Assembly: GCA_965212055.1 (NCBI GenBank)
Contig: OZ243041.1
Span: forward strand, 128,001 to 192,000
Origin: Fidelibacterota bacterium
Lineage (GTDB): Bacteria; Fidelibacterota; Marinisomatia; Marinisomatales; Marinisomataceae
Length of the DNA: 64,000 nucleotides
Reading direction: 5' to 3'
Positions within the stretch are counted from its first letter, which is position 1. Every line of letters starts with the position of its first letter. The translations under genes and the position numbers were made by a program. Under the pieces are notes generated by a model. It ran no database searches. It was not told the DNA's origin and worked only from the letters and a program-made list of their open reading frames with translations. This document shows, piece by piece, positions 9,649 to 20,300 of the stretch.

Positions 9649-10266
9649 ATGAATGATAAAATTCCAATATTTCCCCTTCCACTAGTCTTGCTTCCTGGCG
9701 AAAAACTTCCTCTTCATATCTTCGAAGAAAAATATAGAAAAATGATTGAACATTGTTTAAAAAACAATCAAAAATTTGGAATTGTTAATTCAAAAAATAA
9801 AGATTTACTTACTATCGGATGTACTGCGTCAATTGAACAGCTAATCGGATCTGATCAATATGACAAGGGTGAATACGATATTCTTGTTACAGGGGTAGAT
9901 AGATTTATCGTTAAGAGTTATAACGATTCTGAAATGTATAAACAAGCACATGTAAAAACATGGAAAGATTTAGATGAATCAATCAATAATACCCTTTTAA
10001 AAGAAACGAATGTTCTTTTATATGAAGTATTGATGAAGTTGGGAGCTTCTTCCAAAATTTCTCAAATCAATATGCCAAAAAACTCGTTTGAAATTGCATC
10101 TATGCTTGATATTGATAAAAGAGCAAAAAAAATTCTTTTAAAAAGCCAATCTGAGAATGATCGTTTATTGGTTCTTAAAAGAATCTTGAAAAAAGCAATT
10201 GTAAAAATAGACTATAATAATTCTAATTCAATGGAATATTCAGATTATAGTCAATTTGAAGCCTAA
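9649..10266 (+). CDS. Lon protease N-terminal substrate-binding domain protein
   Basis: IPIFPLPLVLLPGEKLPLHIFEEKY; no AAA or protease domain. Confidence 0.85.
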   Translation: MNDKIPIFPLPLVLLPGEKLPLHIFEEKYRKMIEHCLKNNQKFGIVNSKNKDLLTIGCTASIEQLIGSDQYDKGEYDILVTGVDRFIVKSYNDSEMYKQAHVKTWKDLDESINNTLLKETNVLLYEVLMKLGASSKISQINMPKNSFEIASMLDIDKRAKKILLKSQSENDRLLVLKRILKKAIVKIDYNNSNSMEYSDYSQFEA

Positions 10267-10268
10267 AA

Positions 10269-13200
10269 CTATTTCAATTTCACTAGTTTTATAAAATCAT
10301 TGATTATGATATAAGATACTGGAACAAGTAATAAAATTATTGTTGTGGAAAATAGGATGCCTACTCCTAAAGAAATCGCCATAGGTTTTAAGAAAAGTAC
10401 TTGTGTACTTTGGTTAAATAGTAAGGGCATAATGCCAAGAAATGTTGTTACAGAGGTTAATACTACAGGTCTAAAACGAGTGCGAACGGAATCCACTACA
10501 GCGTCTTTGACTGAAAATCCCTCTTCCATTTTTCTATTGATAAATACTACTAATAATAAGCTATCATTGACAACAACTCCTGAAAGTGCAACAATGCCAA
10601 GAAGCGACAAAACCGAAAGATTTACGCCAAAAAGTAAGTGTCCTAAAATTGCTCCCACCATCCCATAAGGAATGGCTGATAAAACTATTAACGGTTTAAA
10701 ATATGATTTAAGTGGGATTGATAGCAAAACATAAATAGCAAAAATTGCTATAGCAAATTTATATCCAATATCTTCTAATTGTTCTGCTTGTTCTTTTGGT
10801 TCTCCTCCTAATTCAAAATTGATATCTTGATATTGATTTAAAATTCCAGCTAATTCTCCTTTTGGTTGGTTTTCATTGTTTAGAAGATTCTGTAAAATCA
10901 TTCCTGAGGTATTTTTTGCTATATCAACATCTGCCTGAACCTCGATTACTCTCATTCCATCACTTCTTTTAATTTTGGAATAGCCTTCAATTTCTTGAAC
11001 GCTTGCGACTGAATATAGAGGAACCTTGATTCCTTGGTTAGTTCGAATTCTCATATTTTCAAGTGTAGACATTGTTTGACGTTCTTCTTTTGGGAATTTT
11101 AACATTACTCTAATATCATCATCATCACGTTGAATACGTTGAACTTCTTCTCCAAAGAATGCCTGTCTAACTTGTTTTGCAATATCCAATGTAGTAATTC
11201 CATATACCTCTGCTGAAGGCAGTAGTTCTATTTGGAGTTCACTTTTACCTTTTTGATTAGAATCATTGAGATCATGTATCCCAGAAAATGACGATAATAA
11301 TTTTTTTGTTTGTTCAACAGCAGCATTTAGATTTTCAAAATTATTACCTTGAAATTCAAAATCAATTGGTTTGCCAGCAGTAAAAATATTTGCAGAATAG
11401 GTAAGACGTTCAACGCCTGCAACTGTTCCAATGCGTTGTCTTAATATATCAATAATATCATACGCCCCTGTTAAATTCCATCGTTCATCAGCAGGGGTTA
11501 AAATCACTAATACTTCTCCTATATGTGGAGTGCTAGTTGATCTAACAGTAAATCCACCAGGGCCTTTCGATGATTCTTCTGTTGAGTAGTATTGTTCACC
11601 AGCAGTTGTTAAGACATTGCTAATAATGATTGATGGACTAGTGCTATTAATTTCATCTTTTAACTGTAATGCTTCCGTTTCAATTATTGAAAGAATTTCT
11701 TGAGTGCTACTTATTGGCGAACCCTCTGGGAGTTCAAATGCAATTGATACTTCTTCTGCTTCTAGTACAGGGAAAAATGTCCACTTTACCCACCCTCCCG
11801 CAACGAAGGAAAATGATATAAGCAATAAACCAGTAAATACTGCAATAGCAGTATATCGTTGATCCATTGCCTTATGAACTAGCGGTATCCAAAAATTATC
11901 AACAAAATGATATAAACGATCTGAACAAAAATTTCTTGCTCGTGATAACAACTTTCCAAATGTGACAAAATTTGTTTTAAACCAATCGGTAGCATGATTT
12001 AAATGTGCAGGCAAAATCGTAGTTGATTCAATTAAAGACATTGCTAAAATAGGAATTGCGGTCAATGGAAATACTCTCCATATTTCTCCTGTTTCTCCAG
12101 CCAGGTCTAACATAGGAGCAAAAACAGCAATTGTTGTTAAAACTCCAAAAAATACTGGTATTAAAACTTCCATAGTACCATTGATAGTAGAGGTATAGTT
12201 ATCTTCATTAAATTTTATTCGTCGCCTAAAAACATTTTCACCAACAATAATCGCATCATCCACTACAATTCCTAAAACAACAATAAACATAAAGGCTGAT
12301 AAAACATTTACAGTTACACCGACTTGAGGAAGTATAAGCAATGCACCACCAAATGAAATTGGTATTCCCATAGCAACCCAAAATGCCAGAGAAGGTTTTA
12401 AAAACATAGTTAATAATATGAGCACTAAAGTGATTCCAATTGCAAAATTTCGATATAATAGATTAATACGATCTTGTAAATAGCGTGCTTGATCATAAAA
12501 ATAATCGATTTCAATACCTGTTGGCATATTTGCTTTTTTATTGTTTACATACGTTCTTAGTTCTTCTGCAGCTTTTAATACATCCTGATCTCCTACCAGA
12601 TTGATTCCAACAAACATTGCTGGTGTTCCATTCCAACGATAAGATTTATCTACTTCTACAAAATCATCTTTAATAGTTGCAATATCTTTAAGCAAAAGTT
12701 GGCTTCCATTTGGTTGGCTTCTGATAACAATCTTTTCATATTCTTTTGCATTATAAGATTGTCCTACAGTTCTGATTAGTAACTCTTCCTTAGAAGTAGA
12801 GAGAATTCCTCCTGGTAAATCGATAGAACCAGCGTTAATCGCAAGTGCAATTTGATCAAAATTAAGATTATATTTTTCAAGATTATTTTCAGAAACTTCA
12901 ATCGTTATTTCTCTATCTCTACTGCCAAGAATTTCTGTATAAGAAACTTCATTCAACATTTTGATGTCTTGATTAATTTCTTTGGTGACTTGTAATAATG
13001 TACTTTCATCTACGTTACCATAAATCACTATATCCAACACTTTCTCCTCCATCTCCATTTCTTGGATAATAGGTTTTTTGCTATTCACTGGTAGGTTGTC
13101 CATGCTATTTACTACTGTCTTTACTTCATCTAAAATTTTATCGAATTCTGAAGTGGAGTGAATCCTAATAGCGACCCTTCCCGAATTTTCTGTTGAATAA

Positions 13201-13448
13201 GAAATAATTTCTTCTATTCCGGGAATACCTTGAAGTCTATCTTCTATTTTTGAACATATCGAAGATTCAATCTCGCTCGGAGAAGCACCTAAATAAGGAA
13301 CATTGATTGAAATAATATTAATATTTGGTGCAGGAAAAAACTCGGATTTCATATTTTGATAGGATGCAATTCCTCCAACAATTAAAAAAAACATCAATAG
13401 ATTAGCAGGAACGCTATTTTTAACAAACCAAGTTACAATACTCTTCAT
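10269..13448 (-). CDS. RND efflux permease (AcrB/AcrD/AcrF family)
   Basis: 1059 aa; GIVVDDAIIVGEN, GVVVNDS, RFRPVVLTS. Confidence 0.95.
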   Translation of the reverse strand: MKSIVTWFVKNSVPANLLMFFLIVGGIASYQNMKSEFFPAPNINIISINVPYLGASPSEIESSICSKIEDRLQGIPGIEEIISYSTENSGRVAIRIHSTSEFDKILDEVKTVVNSMDNLPVNSKKPIIQEMEMEEKVLDIVIYGNVDESTLLQVTKEINQDIKMLNEVSYTEILGSRDREITIEVSENNLEKYNLNFDQIALAINAGSIDLPGGILSTSKEELLIRTVGQSYNAKEYEKIVIRSQPNGSQLLLKDIATIKDDFVEVDKSYRWNGTPAMFVGINLVGDQDVLKAAEELRTYVNNKKANMPTGIEIDYFYDQARYLQDRINLLYRNFAIGITLVLILLTMFLKPSLAFWVAMGIPISFGGALLILPQVGVTVNVLSAFMFIVVLGIVVDDAIIVGENVFRRRIKFNEDNYTSTINGTMEVLIPVFFGVLTTIAVFAPMLDLAGETGEIWRVFPLTAIPILAMSLIESTTILPAHLNHATDWFKTNFVTFGKLLSRARNFCSDRLYHFVDNFWIPLVHKAMDQRYTAIAVFTGLLLISFSFVAGGWVKWTFFPVLEAEEVSIAFELPEGSPISSTQEILSIIETEALQLKDEINSTSPSIIISNVLTTAGEQYYSTEESSKGPGGFTVRSTSTPHIGEVLVILTPADERWNLTGAYDIIDILRQRIGTVAGVERLTYSANIFTAGKPIDFEFQGNNFENLNAAVEQTKKLLSSFSGIHDLNDSNQKGKSELQIELLPSAEVYGITTLDIAKQVRQAFFGEEVQRIQRDDDDIRVMLKFPKEERQTMSTLENMRIRTNQGIKVPLYSVASVQEIEGYSKIKRSDGMRVIEVQADVDIAKNTSGMILQNLLNNENQPKGELAGILNQYQDINFELGGEPKEQAEQLEDIGYKFAIAIFAIYVLLSIPLKSYFKPLIVLSAIPYGMVGAILGHLLFGVNLSVLSLLGIVALSGVVVNDSLLLVVFINRKMEEGFSVKDAVVDSVRTRFRPVVLTSVTTFLGIMPLLFNQSTQVLFLKPMAISLGVGILFSTTIILLLVPVSYIIINDFIKLVKLK

Positions 13449-14590
13449 TATTTATATTTTGGATTAACAGGGGTGCCATTTGTGGCAATACTTACTTTAG
13501 ATACAATGATTCTTTCACCAATTGATATCCCATCTTTTACTATCATATCATTTTTCAATTTCTTAATGATATTAATTTTTCTTATTTCGATTTTATTATT
13601 TTTATCTACAATTAAGAGTTCATCATTAGCAGTAAATGAAATATTTGGAATAACAAAAACATCTTCTAAAAATTTTCCATTAATTTTTGCCTCGACAAAT
13701 AAACCAACAGGTAATGTTGTTTGATTTTCTTCTAAGAAATCATTTTTGAAGTTTGCAATTAATTTAATCATTCTGGTTACTGGATCAATAACGCCATCCA
13801 CTCGTTCAATATTTCCTTTCCAGATTTGTACTTTCCCTTTATAAGGAGCACTAATAGTCACAAGCGATTTTTGATTGTCGTTTAATTTTCTTCCATCCAT
13901 TGGAATATCTAAAAATGCCAAATCACTATCTTTAACAGGTAGTATGATTTCAATTTGATTTGATGTATAAATTATTCCCAAAGGTTGGCCTGGTAATACA
14001 GTTGATCCTATATCAATATTAATACTTTGGATACGCCCTGTATAAGGAGCAGTAACATCTGTTTTATCTAGCTTTTTCTTAGCTGATTCTACTTGAGCTT
14101 TTGCAACGTTCAGCGCTGCATTCGCTTGTTTCAGTTGAGGTTTTTTCAGTGTTAAATCTTTTGCAGCTCCTTCACCAAGTTTATCCCATGTCTGTTCTGC
14201 GATTTTAGCTTCTGCTTCTTGCATGGCAAGTTGCACTTCAGCGCTACGTAGTTGAAGTAATGCATTATTGTATTGAAGTTGAAGATCTGTATCATCTATT
14301 TTTGCTAATATTTCTCCTTCTATTACCGAAGAACCTTCTGAAAATTTCTTTGAACGATATATAATTTCTCCCCCAACTTCGCTTGTCAAAATAGTTTGGG
14401 TAATAGGTTGAGTTGTTCCCATGGAACTAATTAAAATTTGATGATTTGTTGGTGTGACAATTTCTACTTCAACCTCAACTGGAATGCTTTCTTCTACTGG
14501 TTGAGGTTTTATTTGACCAAGCCAATATAACATGTAGGCTATTGCTAATGAAAACAGTATAATAATTACAGGTCTGATATATCTTATCAT
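13448..14590 (-). CDS. RND periplasmic adaptor (membrane fusion protein)
   Basis: SEVGG, VTAPYTG, IDPVTR; between OMF and RND genes. Confidence 0.9.
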   Translation of the reverse strand: MIRYIRPVIIILFSLAIAYMLYWLGQIKPQPVEESIPVEVEVEIVTPTNHQILISSMGTTQPITQTILTSEVGGEIIYRSKKFSEGSSVIEGEILAKIDDTDLQLQYNNALLQLRSAEVQLAMQEAEAKIAEQTWDKLGEGAAKDLTLKKPQLKQANAALNVAKAQVESAKKKLDKTDVTAPYTGRIQSINIDIGSTVLPGQPLGIIYTSNQIEIILPVKDSDLAFLDIPMDGRKLNDNQKSLVTISAPYKGKVQIWKGNIERVDGVIDPVTRMIKLIANFKNDFLEENQTTLPVGLFVEAKINGKFLEDVFVIPNISFTANDELLIVDKNNKIEIRKINIIKKLKNDMIVKDGISIGERIIVSKVSIATNGTPVNPKYK

Positions 14591-14601
14591 TTTATTGTGC
14601 T

Positions 14602-16020
14602 TTATTCGTAAGCAAATCCTCCTCCAAGAGACAATATTAAGTTTATTCTTTGTTCAATGCGAATTTTTTCTGTAGTAGCTAAAATATTTTTTGTATCAAA
14701 AAGCATATTATTTGCATTAATTACATCTTCTGCACTTGCAATTCCTTCATAGAATTCATTTAAAGTTGTATTATAAATTGATTCTGCAATTTTTACATTT
14801 TCCTCAACAAGATTCAGTGAAGAAAATGCAGTATTATCGAACTGTAAACCAGACTCTACTTCTTTATATGCATTTAACAAATCATTAACAAATTGGAGCA
14901 TCGCAATTTCTTTTTGGCTTTTAGCAATTTTTTTACTTGCGATTAATTTTCCTCCATTAAACACAGGAGCTAATAAATTTAATCCAGCACTCCACACACT
15001 ATAATCTTTATTTAATAAATCTTGAATATTACTAGATGCACCGCTGGATCCTACCAAACTAAATGTGGGATATAAAGATCTCATCGCCTGTTTATTCAGT
15101 GCTTTCGCAGCAAGCATATTGTATTGAGAAGCAATAAGGTCAGGTCTTCTTTTTATTATGTCAGCTGGTAAAACTGTTGGAATGCTTGGAAGATGTTTTG
15201 GAAAATCATCAGAAATTACTAATGTCAAATCTGGATATTCTCTAATTAAAACTTTGCCTTGTCTAATCAATCCATTCAAAACACTTGTTTTATTATCTAA
15301 ATCACTTTTTGCATTATTAAGTATCATTTCTGATTGTTGAAAAAAATTACTTTTTATAATTCCTGTTTTATAACGTTCACTATATAAATCGTGAATAATT
15401 TTTGCATTATTATATTTTTGCTTTGCATTCTCTACTAATTGTTTGGATTCGATAATAGAGAAATATAATTTTGTAGCTTCAGCAGTAAGAGAAAATTGAA
15501 TGTAAGTATAGTTATATTTGCTAGATAAATACTGTCTTTTCCCAGCTAATCTTCCTTGTCTTAACTTTCCCCATAAATCTATTTCCCACTGGGCATTTAA
15601 AGATAAACTATAGTTTTCTTGGGTGAATGTTGTGATTTCATCACTGTTACCAAAAAAACTAGTAAAAATAGGTGGAAACCCTGCAGTATTTTGTTCTGAT
15701 TCAGTTCCACTAGCAGCAATTCCTACAGATGGTGCTAAATTTGCTGTAGATAACACAGCACCTTGTTTTGCAATGCGAGTATTGAGCATCGCTTGTTCTA
15801 AATTTATATTTTCTTCTAAAAATATTGATAAAAATTGATTCAAATTTTCATCTTGAAATTCATTCCACCAGATTTCCGATACATTCAGTTGCACTGGCAA
15901 ATCTGATTGCCACTGATTTGGAATTTGTTCGGAAATGATTGAATCTGGTTCGATTGCCTTTTGACTAGCACATCCCGCAATTAAAATAAGACATAATAAT
16001 CGAATAATATTTTTTATCAT
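14602..16020 (-). CDS. Outer-membrane efflux factor (NodT/TolC family) lipoprotein
   Basis: Lipobox IAGC, WWNEF.D, WEIDLWG, RRPDL, LGGGF. Confidence 0.9.
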   Translation of the reverse strand: MIKNIIRLLCLILIAGCASQKAIEPDSIISEQIPNQWQSDLPVQLNVSEIWWNEFQDENLNQFLSIFLEENINLEQAMLNTRIAKQGAVLSTANLAPSVGIAASGTESEQNTAGFPPIFTSFFGNSDEITTFTQENYSLSLNAQWEIDLWGKLRQGRLAGKRQYLSSKYNYTYIQFSLTAEATKLYFSIIESKQLVENAKQKYNNAKIIHDLYSERYKTGIIKSNFFQQSEMILNNAKSDLDNKTSVLNGLIRQGKVLIREYPDLTLVISDDFPKHLPSIPTVLPADIIKRRPDLIASQYNMLAAKALNKQAMRSLYPTFSLVGSSGASSNIQDLLNKDYSVWSAGLNLLAPVFNGGKLIASKKIAKSQKEIAMLQFVNDLLNAYKEVESGLQFDNTAFSSLNLVEENVKIAESIYNTTLNEFYEGIASAEDVINANNMLFDTKNILATTEKIRIEQRINLILSLGGGFAYE

Positions 16021-16560
16021 TTATTCATCCATCAAGTATTGGGATACTCTAAATAGTAATATAAAACTTATGGACCATGTAATTGCAATAATAGCATAAT
16101 TTATGTTTTCTGGTCCAATCTCAACTGCCTTAATTTTTTCACCACCCATATATGCCAATGGTGCCAATAATCCATAAAAAGATATCAATAGATATTTTCC
16201 TTTTAAATATCGCATTGCATAGTTTACTTGTGATGCAAATCCAGCCCACATACATAAAATCCAAATGGGAGCAAGGTCAGAAAATTGATTGATAACTTTG
16301 CCATGATATTCCACAATATTATAGATTGCAAATCCTGAATCAACAACTATACCAAGGAATATTGCAAATATAATTAATTGTAATTCTTGATATCTTTTAT
16401 AGGCAATAATAGAGAAATGAAAAAAAAGAAATATCAGAGTTGCTATTGGAGCCAAATATGGCATGTCCAATGATGGTGATGATGCACAGCAAATCCATAC
16501 TATTGAAAAACCAAAGTAATTTATTACAGCATCCTTATGTTCTAATATGAATTTGATCAT
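16021..16560 (-). CDS. DUF2878-family membrane protein
   Basis: IN..GF..VW, PIWILCMWAGF, PLAY.GG motifs. Confidence 0.7.
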   Translation of the reverse strand: MIKFILEHKDAVINYFGFSIVWICCASSPSLDMPYLAPIATLIFLFFHFSIIAYKRYQELQLIIFAIFLGIVVDSGFAIYNIVEYHGKVINQFSDLAPIWILCMWAGFASQVNYAMRYLKGKYLLISFYGLLAPLAYMGGEKIKAVEIGPENINYAIIAITWSISFILLFRVSQYLMDE

Positions 16561-16588
16561 TGTTTAGTGCACCTACATTGTAAGAGAG

Positions 16589-16661
16589 TGGCTCGGGGCG
16601 GAATCGAACCGCCGACACAAGGATTTTCAATCCTCTGCTCTACCAACTGAGCTACCAAGCC
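16589..16661 (-). tRNA. tRNA-Phe(GAA)
   Basis: GGCTTGG/CCGAGCC acceptor stem, GAA anticodon, TTCGATT T-loop; CCA not encoded. Confidence 0.97.
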
Positions 16662-16733
16662 TCTGAAAAAAGTTTAAAAAAGTATACATTATAAGTTATT
16701 TAAAAAACACATAAATATTTATTAGTTTCAGAA

Positions 16734-17333
16734 ATGAAAGAAATTGTTATTGCATCATCTAATCAACACAAAGTTTCAGAAATTACTCAAAAGATTCATT
16801 CAAATTTTGACACAATCTATTCTTTATCAGATTTTCCTGAAATTGGAGAGATAAAAGAAGATGGAAACTCAATCCTTGAAAATTCGTTTATAAAATCAAG
16901 GGTTACATTTGATTACACCAATATTCCCTCCCTTGCTGATGATACAGCTTTGGAAGTTGATTATTTAAATGGAGACCCTGGACTTTATACTGCAAGGTAT
17001 GCAGGAGAAAGTGCAACATATGATGATAATATAAATAAACTTTTAAACGCTATGGATGGAGTCCTAACAAAAATGAGAACAGCACGATTCAGAACTATAA
17101 TAACGTATGTAGATGGTGGCAAAAATGATTTTTTTGTAGAAGGATGTGTAGAAGGCTATATTCTGAATGACAAACAAGGTAAATCTGGTTTTGGATATGA
17201 TCCTATTTTTTTTGTTCCAGAAATAGACATGTCTTTAGCAGAAATGTCTTCTGATATAAAGAATAAAATTAGCCATCGTGGAATTGCAATTGATAAATTC
17301 AAGAATAAGATTAATCAGATATTTAATGTATAG
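16734..17333 (+). CDS. rdgB: Non-canonical purine NTP pyrophosphatase (RdgB/HAM1)
   Basis: SSNQHK, ADD, PGLYTAR, GFGYDPIF, KNKISHR. Confidence 0.95.
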   Translation: MKEIVIASSNQHKVSEITQKIHSNFDTIYSLSDFPEIGEIKEDGNSILENSFIKSRVTFDYTNIPSLADDTALEVDYLNGDPGLYTARYAGESATYDDNINKLLNAMDGVLTKMRTARFRTIITYVDGGKNDFFVEGCVEGYILNDKQGKSGFGYDPIFFVPEIDMSLAEMSSDIKNKISHRGIAIDKFKNKINQIFNV

Positions 17334-20300
17334 AACACTTTTACTATGTTATTTAATATTTTCTCCAAGCTTATTATTTGGTGCTGATAATCTTATTACT
17401 AATCCTTTTTACAAAACCAAAAAAATTAATTTTTGTTTAAATGATATTTCAAATTATCCAATTGGAATTTTTAACGTAAAAGATTCTTTCACAAAATATC
17501 AAGTTGATTTTAATATTCACTCGAATATAATTTCAATTAGTGAATCTTTTTTAGACAGTCAAAAGATATTACCATATACATCTTCCTTCGACGATTATTT
17601 TGATAACTTTTATACATTGAATCAGAAGTATAATCTTAGTAAACCATTCAATTTTTCTCCATCAGATACAACCCAAACTCGAGCTAGAAAAGACAAATAT
17701 GTAGAAATAGCTGATTTTGATATTGGAAGACTCGGTAGAGCATCATTAAAAGTACAGGGGAATATTAATTTGCAAGGGAAGTTAGTAAACCAAGATCAAG
17801 AATTGGTTAGATCATCCTATAAAGAAAGAGAACAAACAAATTTTCGATTTACTCAAAAACAACAACTTAACGTACAAGGAAAAATTGGTGACCAAGTAAC
17901 CATATCACTAGATCAAAATTCTGAAAGAGATTTTGATTGGGAAAATACGGTTCGTATTGACTATCAAGGACAAGAAGATGATATTCTTCAAAAGTTGGAA
18001 GCTGGTAATATTTCTCTATCATTGCCCGCTACTGAATTCGTTACTTTTTCAGGTCAAAACCAAGGATTATTTGGAGTCAAAGCTTTTACAAAACTTGGTC
18101 CGATGAGTATCACTAGCATTGCTTCACTAGAACGTACAAAAAAAGAATCCCAAAAATATAAAGGAACATCTGAACTACAAACAAAACGAATTCAAGATTA
18201 TGATTATAAGAAAAATTTATATTTCTTTATTCATGATTGGTTTCGTAACGGTGCAACAGATATAATACCAGATAACGGTTTTCAATTAGATGTCCCATCT
18301 TATTATCCGCTTAATAATGGATTGCATCCTATTGGTAACTTAGTAGTGAGAAATTTTGAACTATATAAAATCGATGCATCTAATAATCCTGCGGCAGATC
18401 CAGGTATAGCATATATTGACCCTAATGATACTGATTATTATAGCGATAGCAGCAAAGAAGGTGCCTTTATTCGACTTGAAAGAGGGACTGATTATCGTAT
18501 TAATGAAGATTTAGGATTTATAAGAATGCAGAGTAGTCTACAAAACGAAATTATTGGTGCACAATTTGATTTAACAGATCGATCAACTGGCAATGTAGTC
18601 TTGAGCGTAGGTTCTGATGTTGGAGAAAATGGAAATGATGGTTTAATACTAAAAATGATTAAACCACAATCATCCCATCCAAATCATCCAACATGGGATT
18701 TAATGTTTAAAAATGTTTATTCATTAGGAGGAATTAATATTGATCAAACCAATCTTAGTGTTAGAATTGTTGATAATTTTTCCACTCCAGTGAGTGATAG
18801 GTCAAGTAATGGAGAAACATTTCTAAATTTATTTGGTTTAGATAGTTTGAGTCAAAATGGAGCTTCTTCCCCTGATGAAATTATCGATTTAAGTAACCCT
18901 AATATTGTCAATCTTGTATCTGGTGAAGTTCATTTTCCAGCTCTTTTACCATTTGTTTCAGAAGGAACGATTGTTGGAGGTAATGCTAATGCTAGCCTTA
19001 ATTCTTTGTTGCAAGAAGGGAAAATGTATACAACAAGTAATCGTACAGAATATACTGGAGATTCACGATTTACAATCGAAGCTAATTATACCAGTCCAAA
19101 ATCTTCAATTAATTTAGGATTTACTTTAGTTGAGGGTAGTGAAGAAATTTATTTCAATAATGAAAAATTAGAGAGAGGATCTGACTATCAGATTGATTAT
19201 TTCTCAGGCATAATTGTATTAAATAATAATATTGACCCTAATGGTAATCTAGAAATTGTTTATGATAAACATGATTTGGTAACCTTTGATAGAAAAATAA
19301 TGGTTGGTTCTAGAGCGCAAGTTGATTTTGACGAAAATTCATTTTTAGGCATGACAGCTCTTTATTATAACCAAGATATTGTTAATAAAAAAGTAGAAGT
19401 AGGATACGAACCGATTCAAAATTTTATATGGGATATTAATGGGCGTTACGAAAGAGATTTAGAGAATTTGTCTGCATCATTAAATAAATTAAATATGTTT
19501 GATGCTGAAAAATTGTCAAGATTTAAATTAGAAGGAGAAATAGCACAGGTATTACCTAATCCAAATTCAATTTCGAATTCTTCAACTGGTGATGGAAATG
19601 GTGTAGCATATATTGATGATTTTGAAGGGTCAAAACGTATTACAAATCCATCAATTTTAAGAAGATTCTGGCATATAGCTTCTGCTCCAATTGATATTGA
19701 CACTAATCAATCATTCAATCAACGAGATCGATTAAAAATGCACTGGTATAATCCATTCTCACAGGTTCTTACAAATAATATTTGGCCAAATGTATCTACT
19801 TCACAAAGAGCACAAAATTTAACAACTGATATATTAGTATTAAATTTTGAACCACAAGAATATCAAACCATTACTAATCCAGATTCATTGTGGGCAGGAA
19901 TTACTGCACCAATGTTTGTTGGTGAATATGATCAAACTAGAACAAAATTTTTTGAAATTTGGTTACGTGGTGACTCAGGAAAATTAACAATTGATTTGGG
20001 AAAAATTAGTGAAGATTATGATGGTAATGGTATTTTGAATAACGAAGATATTCCAGATGCAGGTTTGGCACTTGGAAATGGATTTTTGGAAGATAATGAA
20101 GACACAGGGCTAGATGGATGTTTTGATGCATTTGAAGATGGATGGGGAAGTTGTTTAGATAGTAGCGGATCTAATTATCAAGATTATTTATCCGCAGGAG
20201 AATCAGTTCTTATTAATGCTTCTTCAGATATAGATCCAAATGATCCTAATGCTGATAATTGGAATTATGTTGAGGGAAGTTCAGAGTATGAATTTGTTAA

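Noticed and set aside
16589..16615. tRNA-Phe (and tRNA-His/Pro) as integration sites
   Set aside because: No duplicated tRNA 3' end and no integrase seen in the window
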